Assembly: GCF_006345805.1 (NCBI RefSeq)
Contig: NC_043021.1
Location: forward strand, 5,890,001 to 5,954,000
Length of the DNA stretch: 64,000 nt
Reading direction: 5' to 3'
DNA from: Octopus sinensis
Lineage: Eukaryota
Positions 38,271 through 63,592 of this stretch are shown here, one piece after another. Numbering within the stretch: the stretch's first letter is position 1; every line of letters begins with the position of its first letter. Made by a program: the position numbers and the translations under genes. Below the pieces are notes generated by a model. The model did not search any database and was not told the DNA's origin. It was given only the letters and a program-made list of their open reading frames with translations.

Positions 38271-38292
38271 TAATAATGAAATCCTTTCTACT

Positions 38293-38769
38293 ATGGGCAC
38301 AAGGCCTGAAATTTTGGGCGAGGGGACTAGTCAAATACATCGACCCCCAGCGTTTTCACTGGTACTTAATTTATAATCCCGAAAGGATGAAAGGCAAAGT
38401 CGACCTCGGTGGAATTTGAACTCAGAACGAAAGGATAGATGAAATGCTGCTAAGCCTGGCATGCTAACAATTCTGCCAGGTCACTGCCCTAATAATAACA
38501 CACACACACACACACACACTCATACACACACACACTGACACTCATATTTGCACATGCAACTACACTAGCATATACCTCCTTATACACGCCACTCTAGCAC
38601 ACCTGCAAAATTAAATAACAAAAACATATATACCCACACACACACACACACACATTCACACACATACATCCACATACAGGCCCACCCACATATGCCCTTC
38701 CAGACATGCACTCACGTACACACGTACATTTGCACTCTTACTTTGACACACAAATGCAAGAATGTACAT

Positions 38770-38814
<45 letters not shown>

Positions 38815-38948
38815 GCACATACTCACACTCCAAATGTGTTCGTGTGTACATGCGTATATAGCAGGCACTAGGGCACAACATCCACACCCACCCACCCACC
38901 CTCCCATATAACCAATAACACACTCACATCCACACATTCATACATCTC

Positions 38949-38992
<44 letters not shown>

Positions 38993-39862
38993 TATATGTG
39001 TGTGTGTCTGTATGTATATATATATATATATTAATATATACATATGTGCATATACATACACACACACACACACACATATATATCTATATATATATATATA
39101 TATACATATATATATACATACTTATGTGTGTGTGTGTATGTATAATTGAGGGTACATGAAGTACCAGCATTGTTAAAAATTAGAGTTGAAGAATACTAAA
39201 ATAAGCCATCATCATCATCGTTTAACATCCGCTTTCCATGCTAGCATGGGTTGGACGAATGACTGAGGGCTGGCGAACCAGATGGCTGCACCAGGCTCCA
39301 ATCTTGATCTGGCAGAGTTTCTACGGCTGGATGTCCTTCCTAATGCCAACCACTCCGAGAGTGTAGTGGGTGCTTTTATGTGCCACCGGCATGGGGGCAC
39401 AAGGCCTGAAATTTTGGGCGAGGGGACTAGTCAAATACATCGACCCCCAGCGTTTTCACTGGTACTTAATTTATAATCCCGAAAGGATGAAAGGCAAAGT
39501 CGACCTCGGTGGAATTTGAACTCAGAACGAAAGGATAGATGAAATGCTGCTAAGCCTGGCATGCTAACAATTCTGCCAGGTCACTGCCCTAATAATAACA
39601 CACACACACACACACACACTCATACACACACACACTGACACTCATATTTGCACATGCAACTACACTAGCATATACCTCCTTATACACGCCACTCTAGCAC
39701 ACCTGCAAAATTAAATAACAAAAACATATATACCCACACACACACACACACACATACATCCACATACAGGCCCACCCACATATGCCCTTCCAGACATGCA
39801 CTCACGTACACACGTACATTTGCACTCTTACTTTGACACACAAATGCAAGAATGTACATACT

Positions 39863-39903
<41 letters not shown>

Positions 39904-40051
39904 GCACATACTCACACTCCAAATGTGTTCGTGTGTACATGCGTATATAGCAGGCACTAGGCACAACATCCACACCCACCCACCCACCCTCCCATATAAC
40001 CAATAACACATCACATCCACACATTCATACCTCTCTAATATATATGTGTGG

Positions 40052-40087
<36 letters not shown>

Positions 40088-40478
40088 GTGTCTGTATTAT
40101 ATATATATATATATTAATATATACATATGTGCATATACATACACACACACACACACACATATATATCTATATATATATTATATATATACATATATATATA
40201 CATACTTATGTGTGGTGTGTATGTATAATTGAGGGTACATGAAGTACCAGCATTGTTAAAAATTAGAGTTGAAGAATACTAAAATAAGCCATCATCATCA
40301 TCGTTTAACATCCGCTTTCCATGCTAGCATGGGTTGGACGAATGACTGAGGGCTGGCGAACCAGATGGCTGCACCAGGCTCCAATCTTGATCTGGCAGAG
40401 TTTCTACGGCTGGATGTCCTTCCTAATGCCAACCACTCCGAGAGTGTAGTGGGTGCTTTTATGTGCCACCGGCATGGG
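38293..40478. repeat. Near-identical tandem duplication of about 1.1 kb
   Basis: The unit GGGCACAAGGCCTGAAATTTTGGGCG...TGCCACCGGCATGG occurs twice, at about 38293-39392 and 39393-40478. Confidence 0.9.
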
Positions 40479-42484
40479 GGTCAGTCGGGCGGTACTGGCA
40501 ATGACCTCGCTCTAATGTTTTTTCCCGTGCCTGTAAGGCGATGCTGGTAACGATCATGCTCGAATGGTGCTCTTAACGCCCCACTAGCATGGATGCCAGT
40601 CATCGAATTTGATTATTGTTAGGAAGAGCATCTAGCCATAAAAACTGCATCAAAACAGACACTGAAGCCTGATGCAGTCTTCTGTCCAGCTAGTTCCTAT
40701 CAAACTGTCCAACCGAAGCCAGCATGGAAAGCAGACGTTAAATGATGATAATGATGATGATAATGATGTCCTTTCACCATCAGTTTCTTATTTCTTTACT
40801 GCCCACAAGGGGCTACACACAGAGGGGACAAACAAGGACAGACAAATGGATTAAGTCGATTACATCAACCTCAGTATGTAACTGGTACTTATTTAATCGA
40901 CCCCGAAAGGATGAAAGGCAAAGTCGACCTCGGCGGAATTTGAACTCAGAACGTAACGGCAGACGAAATACCTATTTCTTTATTACCCACAAGGGGCTAA
41001 ACACACAGGGGACAAACAAGGACAGACATAGGTATTAAGTCGATTACATCGACCCCAGTGCGTAACTGGTACTTAATTTATCGACCCTGAAAGGATGAAA
41101 GGCAAAGTCGACCTCGGCGGAATTTGAATTCACAACGTAACAGCAGACGAAATACCGTTAAGCATTTCACCTGGCTTGCTAACGTTTCTGCCAGCTCACC
41201 GCCTTCTTTCACCATCAGTTTCACCATCGCCTTTCACCATCAGTTACTATCTACCAAATTCATTCACAAGGCTTTGGTTGGCTGGAGCTATAGTAGAAGA
41301 GACTGACCCAAAGTGCCAAACTGTCGGACTAAATTTGAAAGTACGTGGTTGGGAAGTCAGTAAAATTATATTTTTTAAAAAGTTCTTTTTTTTTTAAAAA
41401 AAAGGAAAACTGATGTATTCAACTTTTATTTTTATCATTTTCTCAATTTTCCTTCAGAAGAAGCATTGCCAACACAATGCCTTCAAGAAATTCACGATTC
41501 AAATTGTCTTCCTCTACCACCAGCTGTCTATTTGCTTCTTCAGATATGCTAAAACAGTTTTGATCTCTTTACTCTTTTACTTGTTTCAGTCATTTGACTG
41601 CGGCCATGCTGGAGCACCACCTTTAGTCGAGCAAATCGACCCCGGGACTTATTCTTTGTAAGCCCAGTACTTATTATTCTATCGGTCCTTTTGCCGAAAT
41701 GCTAAGTGACGGGGACGTAAACACACCAGCATCAGTTGTCAAGCAATGCTAGGGGGACAAACACAGACACACAAACATATACACACACACTTATATATAT
41801 ATATATATATACATATATACGACAGGCTTCTTTCAGTTTCCGTCTACCAAATCCACACAAGGCATTGGTCAGCGGGGCTATAGCAGAAGACACTTGCCAA
41901 GATGCCACGCAGTGGGACTGAACCCGGAACCATGTGGTTGGTTAGCAAGCTACTTACCACACAGCCACTATTGAAAAATGAATACAAAACAAATGGCATT
42001 CAATCATTTTTTTTTTTTTAATAAGCAATAAATAACATTTATAACAATTTTATGTCTATTTATTTAGTTGTTTGTTGTTTGTTTGTTTGTTTGTTTGTTT
42101 CTACATGTCAGTCTGCCTGTCTCCCCCTCCCCCACTTCTCTCTCATCTAATTCTAGTTTCAGGTTGTCCTTTCAAAATTAAAACGACACTTATGTGCTAT
42201 GATTCGATCCAATCAATGCAATATTCGCAAACAACACGGAGGACGGAGGACGGTTGAAGATTGATTTTTTTCCTATTTGTAAAGAATGTTCTGTATAGGA
42301 AAAAAGAATGGATGCTAATCTTCCTTTCCTTTTCTTTTCTTTCATTTCTTTCATTTTCTTTGTTGTTGTCAAAGTCATCTTATAACTGAGCAAAGATCAC
42401 TATTAAAAACTAAATTAGTTTCCACGTTGTGCCATTTGTCCGTTAATATTTTCCTCTCTGGCAAAAATTTTTAATAGCTGCAAG

Positions 42485-53545
<11,061 letters not shown>

Positions 53546-53889
53546 GGGATGGCCAATGTTTACCGACCGATATGGTAGAATTGATATTCTCTCGTCCCAA
53601 ACATCGATACTAACAACAACAACAATAAAACCAAATCAGCAACAATAATAACATTACCAATATTACCACCTTCAATAAGAACAACAACAACAAATACCAC
53701 AACAACAACAAATACCACAACAACAGGTAATGAATTGAATAAACCAACACCTCAGTAACATAAATGGTACCTATCTCTTCTCTTGAACTATTAAAATCAA
53801 CCTTATATAAGTATTAAGGGACAAAACTAAATACTGCCAAAAGGAATGTAAATGTTTCTCTCGTGCTGCTGGCCGTAATAAAATAAATA

Positions 53890-54199
53890 TAATAATAATG
53901 ATGATGATGATGATAATGATGATGATGGTGGTGGTGATGATGATGATGGTGATGACGATGATGATGATGATGATGATGGTGATGATGATGGTGATGATGA
54001 TGATAGTGATGATGATGATGATAGTGATGGTGATGATGATGATGGTGATGATGATTATGATGGTGATGATGATGTTGATGATGATGATGGTAATGATGAT
54101 GATAATGATGATGATGATGGTGATGATGATGATAGTGATGATGATGATGATGATGATGGTGATGATAATGATGATGATGTTGATGGTGATGGTGGTGAT

Positions 54200-54230
<31 letters not shown>

Positions 54231-54259
54231 GATAGTGATGGTGATGATGATGATGATAG

Positions 54260-54294
<35 letters not shown>

Positions 54295-54450
54295 GTGATG
54301 ATAATGATGATGATAGTGATGATGATTATGATGATGATGATGATGATGGTGATGATAATGATGATGATGATGGTGATGATGATGATAGTGATGGTGATGA
54401 TCATGGTGATGTTGATTATGATGATGATGATGATGATGATGATCATGATT
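53890..54450. repeat. (GAT)n degenerate microsatellite
   Basis: Seen directly in the sequence. Confidence 0.95.
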
Positions 54451-55550
54451 TCTTTTATATGTCACCAGGATGACAGATGAGAGGGGGGGAACAGTACAAT
54501 AACAGACATAAAGGTGGTGCTATTAAGTTAGACATGGCCTGGGCCAATAATGGCCGAAACCTATCAAAGTATCAAAGTAAAGTGCTGGGGTTTACACATT
54601 GAAATACTTTTTTTTTTAAAAAGGGGTACAAGGTTTACATGGTACACAGTAAAAATAAAAGAAAGAAGCATACATAGTTAAGGGTCAATAAAAACAAAAA
54701 AAAGGGATAATGATGTGCTACTCCTTGTACAGGAGGACCTGTTGGGACAATTGAGGAACCCCTACCATCCAAGATCTGGGTGAACACCCAGTGCAACTGT
54801 CCCCTCCAATTCTTGTTCTCCAAGTCACAGGTCCTATACTTAGGGCGGTGCTGTCCCCTCTTGCCACCTTCACTCACCTTTTAATAAACTTGCTCATGGA
54901 TAGCACCTCCCTCCCTCCCTCCCGACCCTCACTTTTCTTTTTGAATGAAACTTGAAATGGTTGAGATCACTACTAAAGTGGAATGTCTCTGCCCTTAATA
55001 CCTATTTCTTTATTACCCACAAGGGGCTAAACATAGAGGGGACAAACAAGGACAGACATAGGTATTAAGTCGATTACATCGACCCCAGTGTCGTAACTGG
55101 TACTTGTGGGTAGTAAAGAAATAGGTTAATGGTTTCAATGGTCTAGGCAGCTGTGTGTGGGCATGCGTTGCCATGCAACAACAAAACTTTCTTTGACAAT
55201 AAGCTTGGTCAAATTGATGCATCTTGCACGGTTGATCGTACACCCCTTTTCCAGCGAAATTGTTCTTTGGCGTACATTGTCAGTGGAGTAGCCATGGCTA
55301 ACACTATAAAGCCAGAAAGAAAAATGGAACGACCAGGCTAAAATTTCGATCATGTGACTATAACAGTACCGACTACAGGCACGCATGCGCAGAAAGGAGT
55401 GTGACAATCATGTCGCAAGATATGTCATGGCCAAAGCGTGGAAAATTTTTTGACTTCCCCTCGTATATATACGACAGGCTTCTTTCAGTTTTTGTCTACC
55501 AAATCCACTCACAAGACTTTGGTTGGCTCGAGGCTACAGTAGACAATACT

Positions 55551-55962
55551 GGTACTACTCAAGAATAGTGGTCCCGGTGCGCGCACTCGCGTACTCGCGC
55601 TAGCTAGCCGTCACTAGTCGATCCTACAACGACTGCCTAGCAAAGTAAATAAAACACAAAATAAATAATTTTTTTACACAAAGTAAATAATTTGGCGATC
55701 CTTCGGTATACGTCCCTCCCGTAAGTGGCTTTGTTTACATTTCTGAAGAAAACAGAAACCCTTTTCTCCCCCCCCCCCCCAACCCTAACCCCCCCCCCCA
55801 TATATATAAAAAAAAACACACTTTCTTGAAATGTGTCCGGTACTTCCGGTACGTATACCGAAGTTACGTCCACAAAAACACAAAATAAGAATCGACTCGT
55901 CACGACTAGCTAGCGCGGATGCGCGAGTGCGCGTACCGGGACCAGTCTTCTTAAGTAGTACC
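55551..55962. mobile_element. Mutator-like MITE, family 2, inserted into a SINE
   Basis: TIRs GGTACTACT..GGTCCCGGTGCGCGCACTCGCG with a degenerate 9-bp TSD GACAATACT/GAAAATACC. SINE halves lie on both sides. Confidence 0.8.
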
Positions 55963-56149
55963 GAAAATACCTGCCCAAGGTGCCACTCAGTGGGACTGAA
56001 CCCGGAACCATGTGGTTGGGAAGCAAGCACACACACACACACACATCCTTTTCTTGTATTTTTTACGATTAGCTATATGTATGTATTGTGTGTGTGTGTG
56101 ATCGGCGATCACCAACATATGACAATATAAATAAATAAATAAATAATGC

Positions 56150-56576
56150 GGCGATCTTTCGTCTGTAGTAGACCTTTCCGTCGATTTCCGTAAAAAATTT
56201 TTTTTTTTTTTACATATGGGCTTGCGGGAACTTTTGAAGTAATGAGAGCGAAAGAGACTAAGAGAAAGCGATTGTATGACGAGGGAAGTTCTTTTGAAGT
56301 TACCGTCCAGGGGAAGCATTGATGTACATGTGTGTGTGTGTTTGATGGGGTGTGGGAGACAGACAGTATGTTGTGTAAGTGAAGTGCTTCTGTTAGTGTG
56401 TGTGAAGAGACAGAGTAATGTGTGAAAGAAAGAGATAACTGAAATTTTTTACTCGGTGTATGTGTATATGTATGTATATTACTTCAAAAGTTCCCGCAAG
56501 CCCATATGTAAAAAAAAAAAAAATTTTTACGGAAATCGACGGAAAGGTCTACTAGAGACAGAGACGAAAGATCGCC
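56150..56576. mobile_element. Mutator-like MITE, family 1 (longer copy, opposite orientation)
   Basis: Same TIRs as the 6123 copy; flanked by the direct repeat AAATAAATAATGC. Confidence 0.85.
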
Positions 56577-57541
56577 AAATAAATAATGCCTTTCCCCATA
56601 AACTGCAAAGAACGTCGATGAATCAGCTGACAAAATTTCTGCACTTATAAGACTTACGAAAGATTTTTCCCCCCAGCAATTTCGAATGTGAATGGTAAGG
56701 GACCGGTCAGCTTGTTAGCATTCGATCGCCCCGAGCTGGCAGAAACGTTAGCACGCCGGGCGAAATGCTTAGTAGTATTTCGTCTGCCGCTTCCGTTCTG
56801 AGTTCAAATTCCGCCGAGGTCGACTTTGCCTTTCATCCTTTCGGGGACGATTAAATAAGTACCAGTTACGCACTGGGGTCGATATAATCGACTTAATCCG
56901 TGTGTCTGTCCTTGTTTGTCCCCTCTATGTTTAGCCCCTTGTGGGTAGTAAAGAAATAGGTATTTCGTCTGCCGCTACGTTCTGAGTTCAAATTCCACCG
57001 AGGTCGACTTTGCCTTTCATCCTTTCGGGGACGATTAAATAAGTACCAGTTAACTGGGGTCGATATGATCGACTTAATCCGTTTGACTGTCCTTGTTTGT
57101 CCCCCCTGTGTTTAGCCCCTTGCGGGTAGTAAAGAAATAGATATCAGCTGAATGCTACCCACTAACATGTAAACGTTTGTTTAGCCATCAACCCTTTCTC
57201 TTCGTCGCAGTCAGTAGGGGCGAGGCTAAATAGCCATGGACATGAATCAATATATGTATATTTTGTGCATTGGGTTGCTTCCAATAAAGAGAGAAGAAAA
57301 AAAAAAACGATATTTCCCACAATTCCATTTCTCCTTCGTCAGAAATGCATGAACATCACAAAATCACTACAATCCAGGATTGGCTGTGTGGTAAGTAGCT
57401 TGCTTACCAACCACATGGTTCCGGGTTCAGTCCCACTGCGTGGCACCCTGGGCAAGTGTCCCCTACTATAGCCTCGGGCCGACCAAAGCCTTGTGAGTGG
57501 ATTAGGTAGACGGAAACTGAAAGAAGCCCGTCGTATATATG

Positions 57542-57572
<31 letters not shown>

Positions 57573-57848
57573 ATGTTTGTGTGTCTGTGTTTGTCCCCCT
57601 AGCATTGCCGGTGTGTTTATGTCCCCGTCACTTAGCGGTTCGGCAAAAAGAGACCGATAGAATAAGTACTGGGCTTACAAAAGAATAAGTCCTGGGGTCG
57701 AGTTGCTCGATCAAAGGCGGTGCTCCAGCATGGCCGCAATCAAAATCACTGAAACAAGCAAAAGAATAAGAGTAATCCCCTTAACTGCTTTAATAGCTTT
57801 TTATAGAAACCATTTCATTGCATTTATAAAATAATAAAAAAACTAAGT

Positions 57849-57921
57849 AGGTTCCGGCGAGGTTCGAACTCGCGGCCTTCTGCGTGTAAAGCAGACGTGA
57901 TAACCACTACACCACGAAACC
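57849..57921 (-). tRNA. tRNA-Val (anticodon TAC)
   Basis: The reverse complement GGTTTCGTGGTGTAGTGGTTATCACGTCTGCTTTACACGCAGAAGGCCGCGAGTTCGAACCTCGCCGGAACC forms an intact cloverleaf and is followed by a T7 terminator. Confidence 0.92.
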
Positions 57922-58908
57922 ACTTGACGAAAAGCCGTCTCGATTTAACTATTATAAAATATAAGCAGCAGTGTTGCCATTATAATGGCTTCAGAGTTTT
58001 TCCCCTTACATCTATCTTTACTCTTGTACTTGTTTCAGTCATTTGACTGCGGCCATGCTGGAACACCGCATTTAGTCGAGCAAATCGACCCCGGGACTTA
58101 TTCTTTTGTTAGCCCAGTACTTATTCTATCGGTCCCTTTTTGCCGAACCGCTAAGTAACGGGGACATAAACACACTAGCATCGGTTGTCAAGCAATGCTA
58201 GGGAGACAAACACAGACACACAAACATACACGCACATACATATTTATATATATACATATATACGACAGGCTTCTTTCAGTTTCCGTCTACCAAATCCACT
58301 CACAAGGCTTTGGTTGGCCCGAGGCTATAGTAGAAGACACTTGCCCAAGGTGCCACGCAGTGTGACTGAACCCGGAACCATGTGGTTAGTAAGCAAGCTA
58401 CTTACTACACAGCCACTCCTGCGCCTATCTGTGAAAAATATATTAAATGCTGGTTTTACGTTAGGACTTCGACCTTTGTTGGAGTTTTATGGGCACCGTC
58501 GTGATCTTCAGCGATTTAAAACTTGACGGGATTCACCTCTCTCCGGATCCGAACACACCCAAAGTATTCCAGGATAGAATATGGACAGCTGGAATATATG
58601 TATTCTTCACGGTCTACCGACTTGTAAATTAGTGGTAAATTTTAATGAAGACATCATCATCATTGTTCGATCGTGGTCGAGACAATGGAATTTACCATGC
58701 TACGCCAGACTTCACGGTCCATCATGGCATTACGGAGGTCCTGTTGCTGGATGCCTGTATCCCTGGAGATTACATCAGGGTAGGAGAGTGTGCGCCCTCT
58801 GGTATTGCGAGTAGATGGCTTCCAGAGGAGAAGAGTAGAAATTACTCTACTCTAAGAATATAATTAAACTGTGAAGGGAGGAAAAAAAAAAAAAAACAAC
58901 AGCAACAT

Positions 58909-59123
58909 GGTACTACTTAAGAGTGGTCCCGGTGCGCGCACTCGCGCTAGCTAGTCGTGACTAGTCGATCCTTACTTTGTGTTTTATTTACTTTGTTTCA
59001 AAAAATTATTTATTTTGTGTTTTATTTACTTTGCTAGGTAGTCGTTGTAGGATCGACTAGTCACGACTAGCTAGCGCGAATAGGCGAGTGCGCGCACCGG
59101 GACCACTCTTCCTAAGTAGTACT
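58909..59123. mobile_element. Mutator-like MITE, family 2 (internally deleted)
   Basis: Same TIRs as the 55551 copy, with a perfect 9-bp TSD CAGCAACAT. Confidence 0.87.
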
Positions 59124-61324
59124 CAGCAACATTAGTTATAACATACTTATTCTAAGTACGGAGGGCAATTCCAGCCATGTTTTGGTCTTGTGAGACCATC
59201 TCTGCATAAACTCTAAAGTACTTGCCGTTGGCAGAATTCTAGTTTAAGCACTCCATATAATTCCTCATAACTTTTATTATTATTTTTTTAGAATTTTCGG
59301 AATAATTTTGCGAATATGAGTTCAACACACGGTATTTCGGTTTGTTTTTTGTTTGGAAGACAATTGAGCAAATGTTTGCAAGGCGGATTAAATTATTTTG
59401 CCTTGAGAAAAGTAAGTGGCTGAGCACTCCACAGACACGTACACCCATAACGTAGTTCTCGGGGATATTCAGCATGACACAGAGAGTGACAAGCCGGCCC
59501 CTTGAAATACAGGTACAACAGAAACAGGAAGTAAGAGTGAGAGAAAGTTGCGGTGAAAGAGTACAGCAGGGATCACCACCATCCCCTGCCAGAGGCTCGT
59601 GGAGCTTTAGGTGTTTTCGCTCAATAAACACTCACAACGCCCGGTCTGGGAATCGAAACCGCGAGTCCGCTGCCCTAACCACTGGGCCATTGCGCCTCCA
59701 CACATGGTCAAGTAGCTCCCTTCGATTAGGAGTGGTGAAAGGCAAGGTCGACCTTGGTGGAATTTGAACTCAGAAGAAAGACGGACGAACGAAATACTGC
59801 TAAGCATTTCGTCCGTTGTGTTAACGATTCTGCCATAGAAATGTAATAATCCTTATTTTGGCACAAGGCCAGCAATTCTGTGGGACGGGGAAGTCAATTG
59901 CATGAACACCAGTGCTCAACTGGAACTTAGAACCAACTCTTCTCATGGCTTCATCATTAGTGATGTCGTCATGCCAGGTAATCGTTACAATATTTCTAAG
60001 TCACTGGTCAGGAAAAACATTCACCGTATTGCAAATCCCATCTGTCTGCTTTTGTATTTACTCTTTTACTCTTTTCAGTCATTTGACTGCGGCCATGCTG
60101 GAGCACCGCCTTTAGTCGAGGCAAATCGACCCCGGGACTTATTCTTTGTAAGCCCAGTACTTATTCTATCGGTCTCTTTTGCCGAACCGCTAAGTGACGG
60201 GGACGTAAACACACCAGCATCGGTTGTCAATCCACTCACAAGGCTTTGGTCGGCCCGAGGCTATAGCAGAAGACACTTGCCCAAAGTGCCACGCAGTGGG
60301 ACTGAACCCAGAACCATGTGGTTCGTAAGCAAGCTACTTACCACACAGCCACTCCTGCGCCTATATTTCAAAGTGTTTAGCTAAAAAAAAAATTGTGCAC
60401 GAGATGTAATAGATCCTTAATGGATTCCTTGGTGAGTGGAAGTACATAATAGTCCCAATCATTGGAAAACTACGATCGCTTGGCCAAGTCTGATCTTACA
60501 CTTACACACTTTTACTTGTTTCAGTCATTTTGACAGCGGCCATGCTGGAGCACCGCCTTTAGTCGACCAAATCGACCCCGGGACTTATTCTTTGTAAGCC
60601 CAGTACTTATTCTATCGGTCTCTTTTGCCGAACCGCTAAGTAACGGGGACGTAAACACACCAGCATCGGTTGTCAAGCAATGCTAGGGGGACAAACACAG
60701 ACACACATATATATATATATATATATACATACATACATATATACAACAGGCTTCTTTCAGTTTCCGTCTACCAAATCCACTCACAAGGCATTGGTCGGCC
60801 CAGGGCTATAGCAGAAGACACTTGCCCAAGATGCCACGCAGTGGGACTGAACCCGGAACCATGTGGTTGGTTAGCAAGCTACTCACCACACAGCCACTCC
60901 TTCGCCTATTTCCTTTTTAATTTCTACCAATGTTTCTGCTTTTTATTATTATTATTATGGGTTTTTCCACGAGTAACCTTTCGATGCGCCTCCCCCTTTT
61001 GGGAGTTTTTACTTGTTATATTTTCGTTGTTATCTTGCATTTTTACACGAACTTTTCAAACGGACAAAACCCTTTTTGTAACTTTCGTCCTGTATTTTGT
61101 CCTTACATGTTTTGATTTTTGCTAGCCCTTATTATTAATTATGCCTGATAGTTATTCTACTAGTCTCTTTCGCCAAATCGCTAAGTTACAGGGACATAAA
61201 CAAACCAACAGTGGTTGTTGCACGGTGGTGAGGGACAAACACAGACACAATACTAAAAATCTTTGGTAAATACGGTATTTGGCAATCTTTTTTTATACGC
61301 TGTTCGTAATGAGATGAATACTGA

Positions 61325-61500
61325 CATCTGAATGTCCTGTTGCCGGACATAGAGTCTTCTAGCAGCCACCCTCTTGACCCAGGGCAGCACTACCTCATCC
61401 AGGCACTTGAAATAGGCACTCCGTGCTGAGTCTGGGGCCGTGTGGGGAGATGAAGGGAGCATAATGTCACCATCATCAGTAATCACTTCAAACACTAGGT
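61325..61500 (-). mobile_element. Tc1/mariner transposase fragment
   Basis: FEVITDDGDIM..AYFKCLDEVVLPWVKRVAARRLYVRQQD resembles the region before the second catalytic D. Confidence 0.6.
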
Positions 61501-62053
61501 CTGATTTTTATCACTTTTGCTACATGTTTTTAGGGGTACGGCAATCCAACGGCTGTCCCGTGTGCTCACCATCTGATCCTGGCAGAAAGTTTTCTCGTCT
61601 GAGAAAAACCAAAGCACGTTCGGTTGGAGGAGGAGGTTTGAGTTTGTTCAAAAGCTTCGTAGCATGGTCTTTCCTCTTCTCCTTGATGGCCCTTTCTCAT
61701 CATGTATGAGGTATACTGAATGTCTTTATGCAGCATCTGCCTAATAAGAAACTCGAGTGTGGAAGGTTTACATAATGGATACATTTCCCGTTATATGTTA
61801 AGCAAACCTGGAATGTATTAAATGATTTCAAAATATCATTATTTGGTTGAACTTCATTAGTACAACTGTGTGTAGAAGGGATTATAATCTAAGCTGTGCC
61901 CTCATGCACATTCCAGTAATCAGAAGTATGTATTTAGATGCTGTATTTTAAAATTCTAAATGAGGTATACATACAAGCTGTAAGTTCTGATGAAGCATAT
62001 TGCAGAGTAAGTATACATCGAAACAAAAACTAGAAAATTTCGTATATTTTTAA

Positions 62054-62740
62054 CTAGCAGAGATACCAGGCATTGCTCAGGATTAAAATGGAATAATTTG
62101 TATATCTTTATATATAAAAGAGAAGTTGCGTGTCTGTCTCCTACGATTTAGATTCCTAACTACTCCAACATTTTGCGGTGCAGTTTAACCAAAACCGGGT
62201 ATCTTATAGTCGTGATTCATATCGAGCCCTTCTGGGTATTAGCGCGTGTCTACGATTTAAAAAAAATTTACCATAATTTTTTCCCCATTTTTAACGCATT
62301 TTTTTGCTATTTTTTGGCTATAACTCTCTAAAAATGCTTATATAGTTATTTCCCTTACAAACCCGAGCGATACTGCTAGTATATATATATATTACAGTTA
62401 TGTTGAAACAAGTGATATGGGAAAGTGTAACAGTGACGACAAATCATTTGAGGAGTAAATGGTAGGCTAATTCGACTAAGCGACATGTCATGTGTCCGTT
62501 TGGAGGATTTCAGGCCCTAACCTGTCATAAAAAATTCAGGGTGGTGGGTAAGTGATTTTTGAACGCACCTCAAAGCTATCAGTAGGTATCTCCTTTGTGG
62601 CGGTCGGCGCTGCGTCCAACGACCGATCGTCTGAAGCTTTGACACCTCCTTCGGGTCTGTTGTCGTACATAAAGTAAATTTGGAGGAACTTTGGTTGTTC
62701 ATTTGTGGGTGAAGACTGCGCTGAAATGGTATGTGATGTA
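62054..62740 (-). mobile_element. Helitron remnant with a Rep/Helicase fragment and a nested plus-strand non-autonomous Helitron (62105-62379)
   Basis: A minus-strand CTAG and hairpin end lie at 62054, and the peptide PTNEQPKFLQIYFM resembles the Helitron RepHel KFLQIYF motif. The nested copy reads TCTTTATATATAAAAG..CTGCTAG|T. Confidence 0.6.
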
Positions 62741-63395
62741 TATTCTCTTTTACTTGTTTCAGTCATTTGACTGCGGCCATGCTGGAGCACCGCCTTTAGT
62801 CGAGCAAATCGACCCCGGGACTTATTCTTTGTAAGCCCAGTACTTATTCTATCGGTCTCTTTTGCCGAACCACTAAGTGATGGGGACGTAAACACACCAG
62901 CATCGGTTGTCAAGCAATGCTAGGGGGACAAACACAGACACACATACATATATACGACAGGCTTCTTTCAGTTTCCGTCTACCAAATCCACTCACAAGGC
63001 ATTGGTCGGCCCGGGGCTATAGCAGAAGACACTTGCCCAAGATGCCACGCAGTGGGACTGAACCCGGAACCGTGTGGTTGGTTAGCAAGCTACTTACCAC
63101 ACAGCCACTCCTGCGCCTATGGATGAGGACAGCTGCATAAAGTGCTGATCTCTAACTATGGAGGGACCCTGTGGAAGAGGTAAACCCAGGAAGATATGAG
63201 ACGAGGTGGTGGAATATGATCTTTGGATGTTGAGTTTCACGGAGGCAATGACGAGTGACTAAGACTTTGGGGGATTTGCTGTGCTTATGAAGAGATGTTA
63301 AGCATAAGTGAAACTGTAGGTGTGGCCAGCGCCAGTGACATGTCAAAGCATTCGTGCCAGTGACACGTACAAGACATCCAGTACACTCTATAGAG

Positions 63396-63592
63396 CAGTG
63401 GTTTTCAACCAGGGTTCCGCCAGTACAATCCAGGGGTTCCGCAAGAAGTTACAAAACTGCTAAAATCGGCAGTAATTTTTAATTCTCCTGTGCAGATATG
63501 TGTGCGTAAGACAAATTATTGCACAGGGGTTCCTCGAGCCAGTGAAATGTTTTCTTGGGGTTCCGCTCTAGCAAAAAGTTTGAAAAGCACTG
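63396..63592. mobile_element. hAT-type MITE
   Basis: TIRs CAGTGGTTTTCAA / TTGAAAAGCACTG with a perfect 8-bp TSD CTATAGAG. A truncated relative is at about 21780-21969. Confidence 0.88.

Noticed and set aside
54535-54575. GGCC-AATAAT-GGCC-GAAAC hammerhead-like half motif
   Set aside because: There is no CUGANGA core upstream; at best it is a decayed remnant.
59165-59205. GGTCT/AGACC hairpin followed by AAAAC on the minus strand
   Set aside because: Both core segments deviate, so it cannot be distinguished from chance.
61980-62035. CTGATGA...CGAAAC spacing reminiscent of a hammerhead
   Set aside because: Stem II pairs poorly and there is no NUH triplet or stem III.
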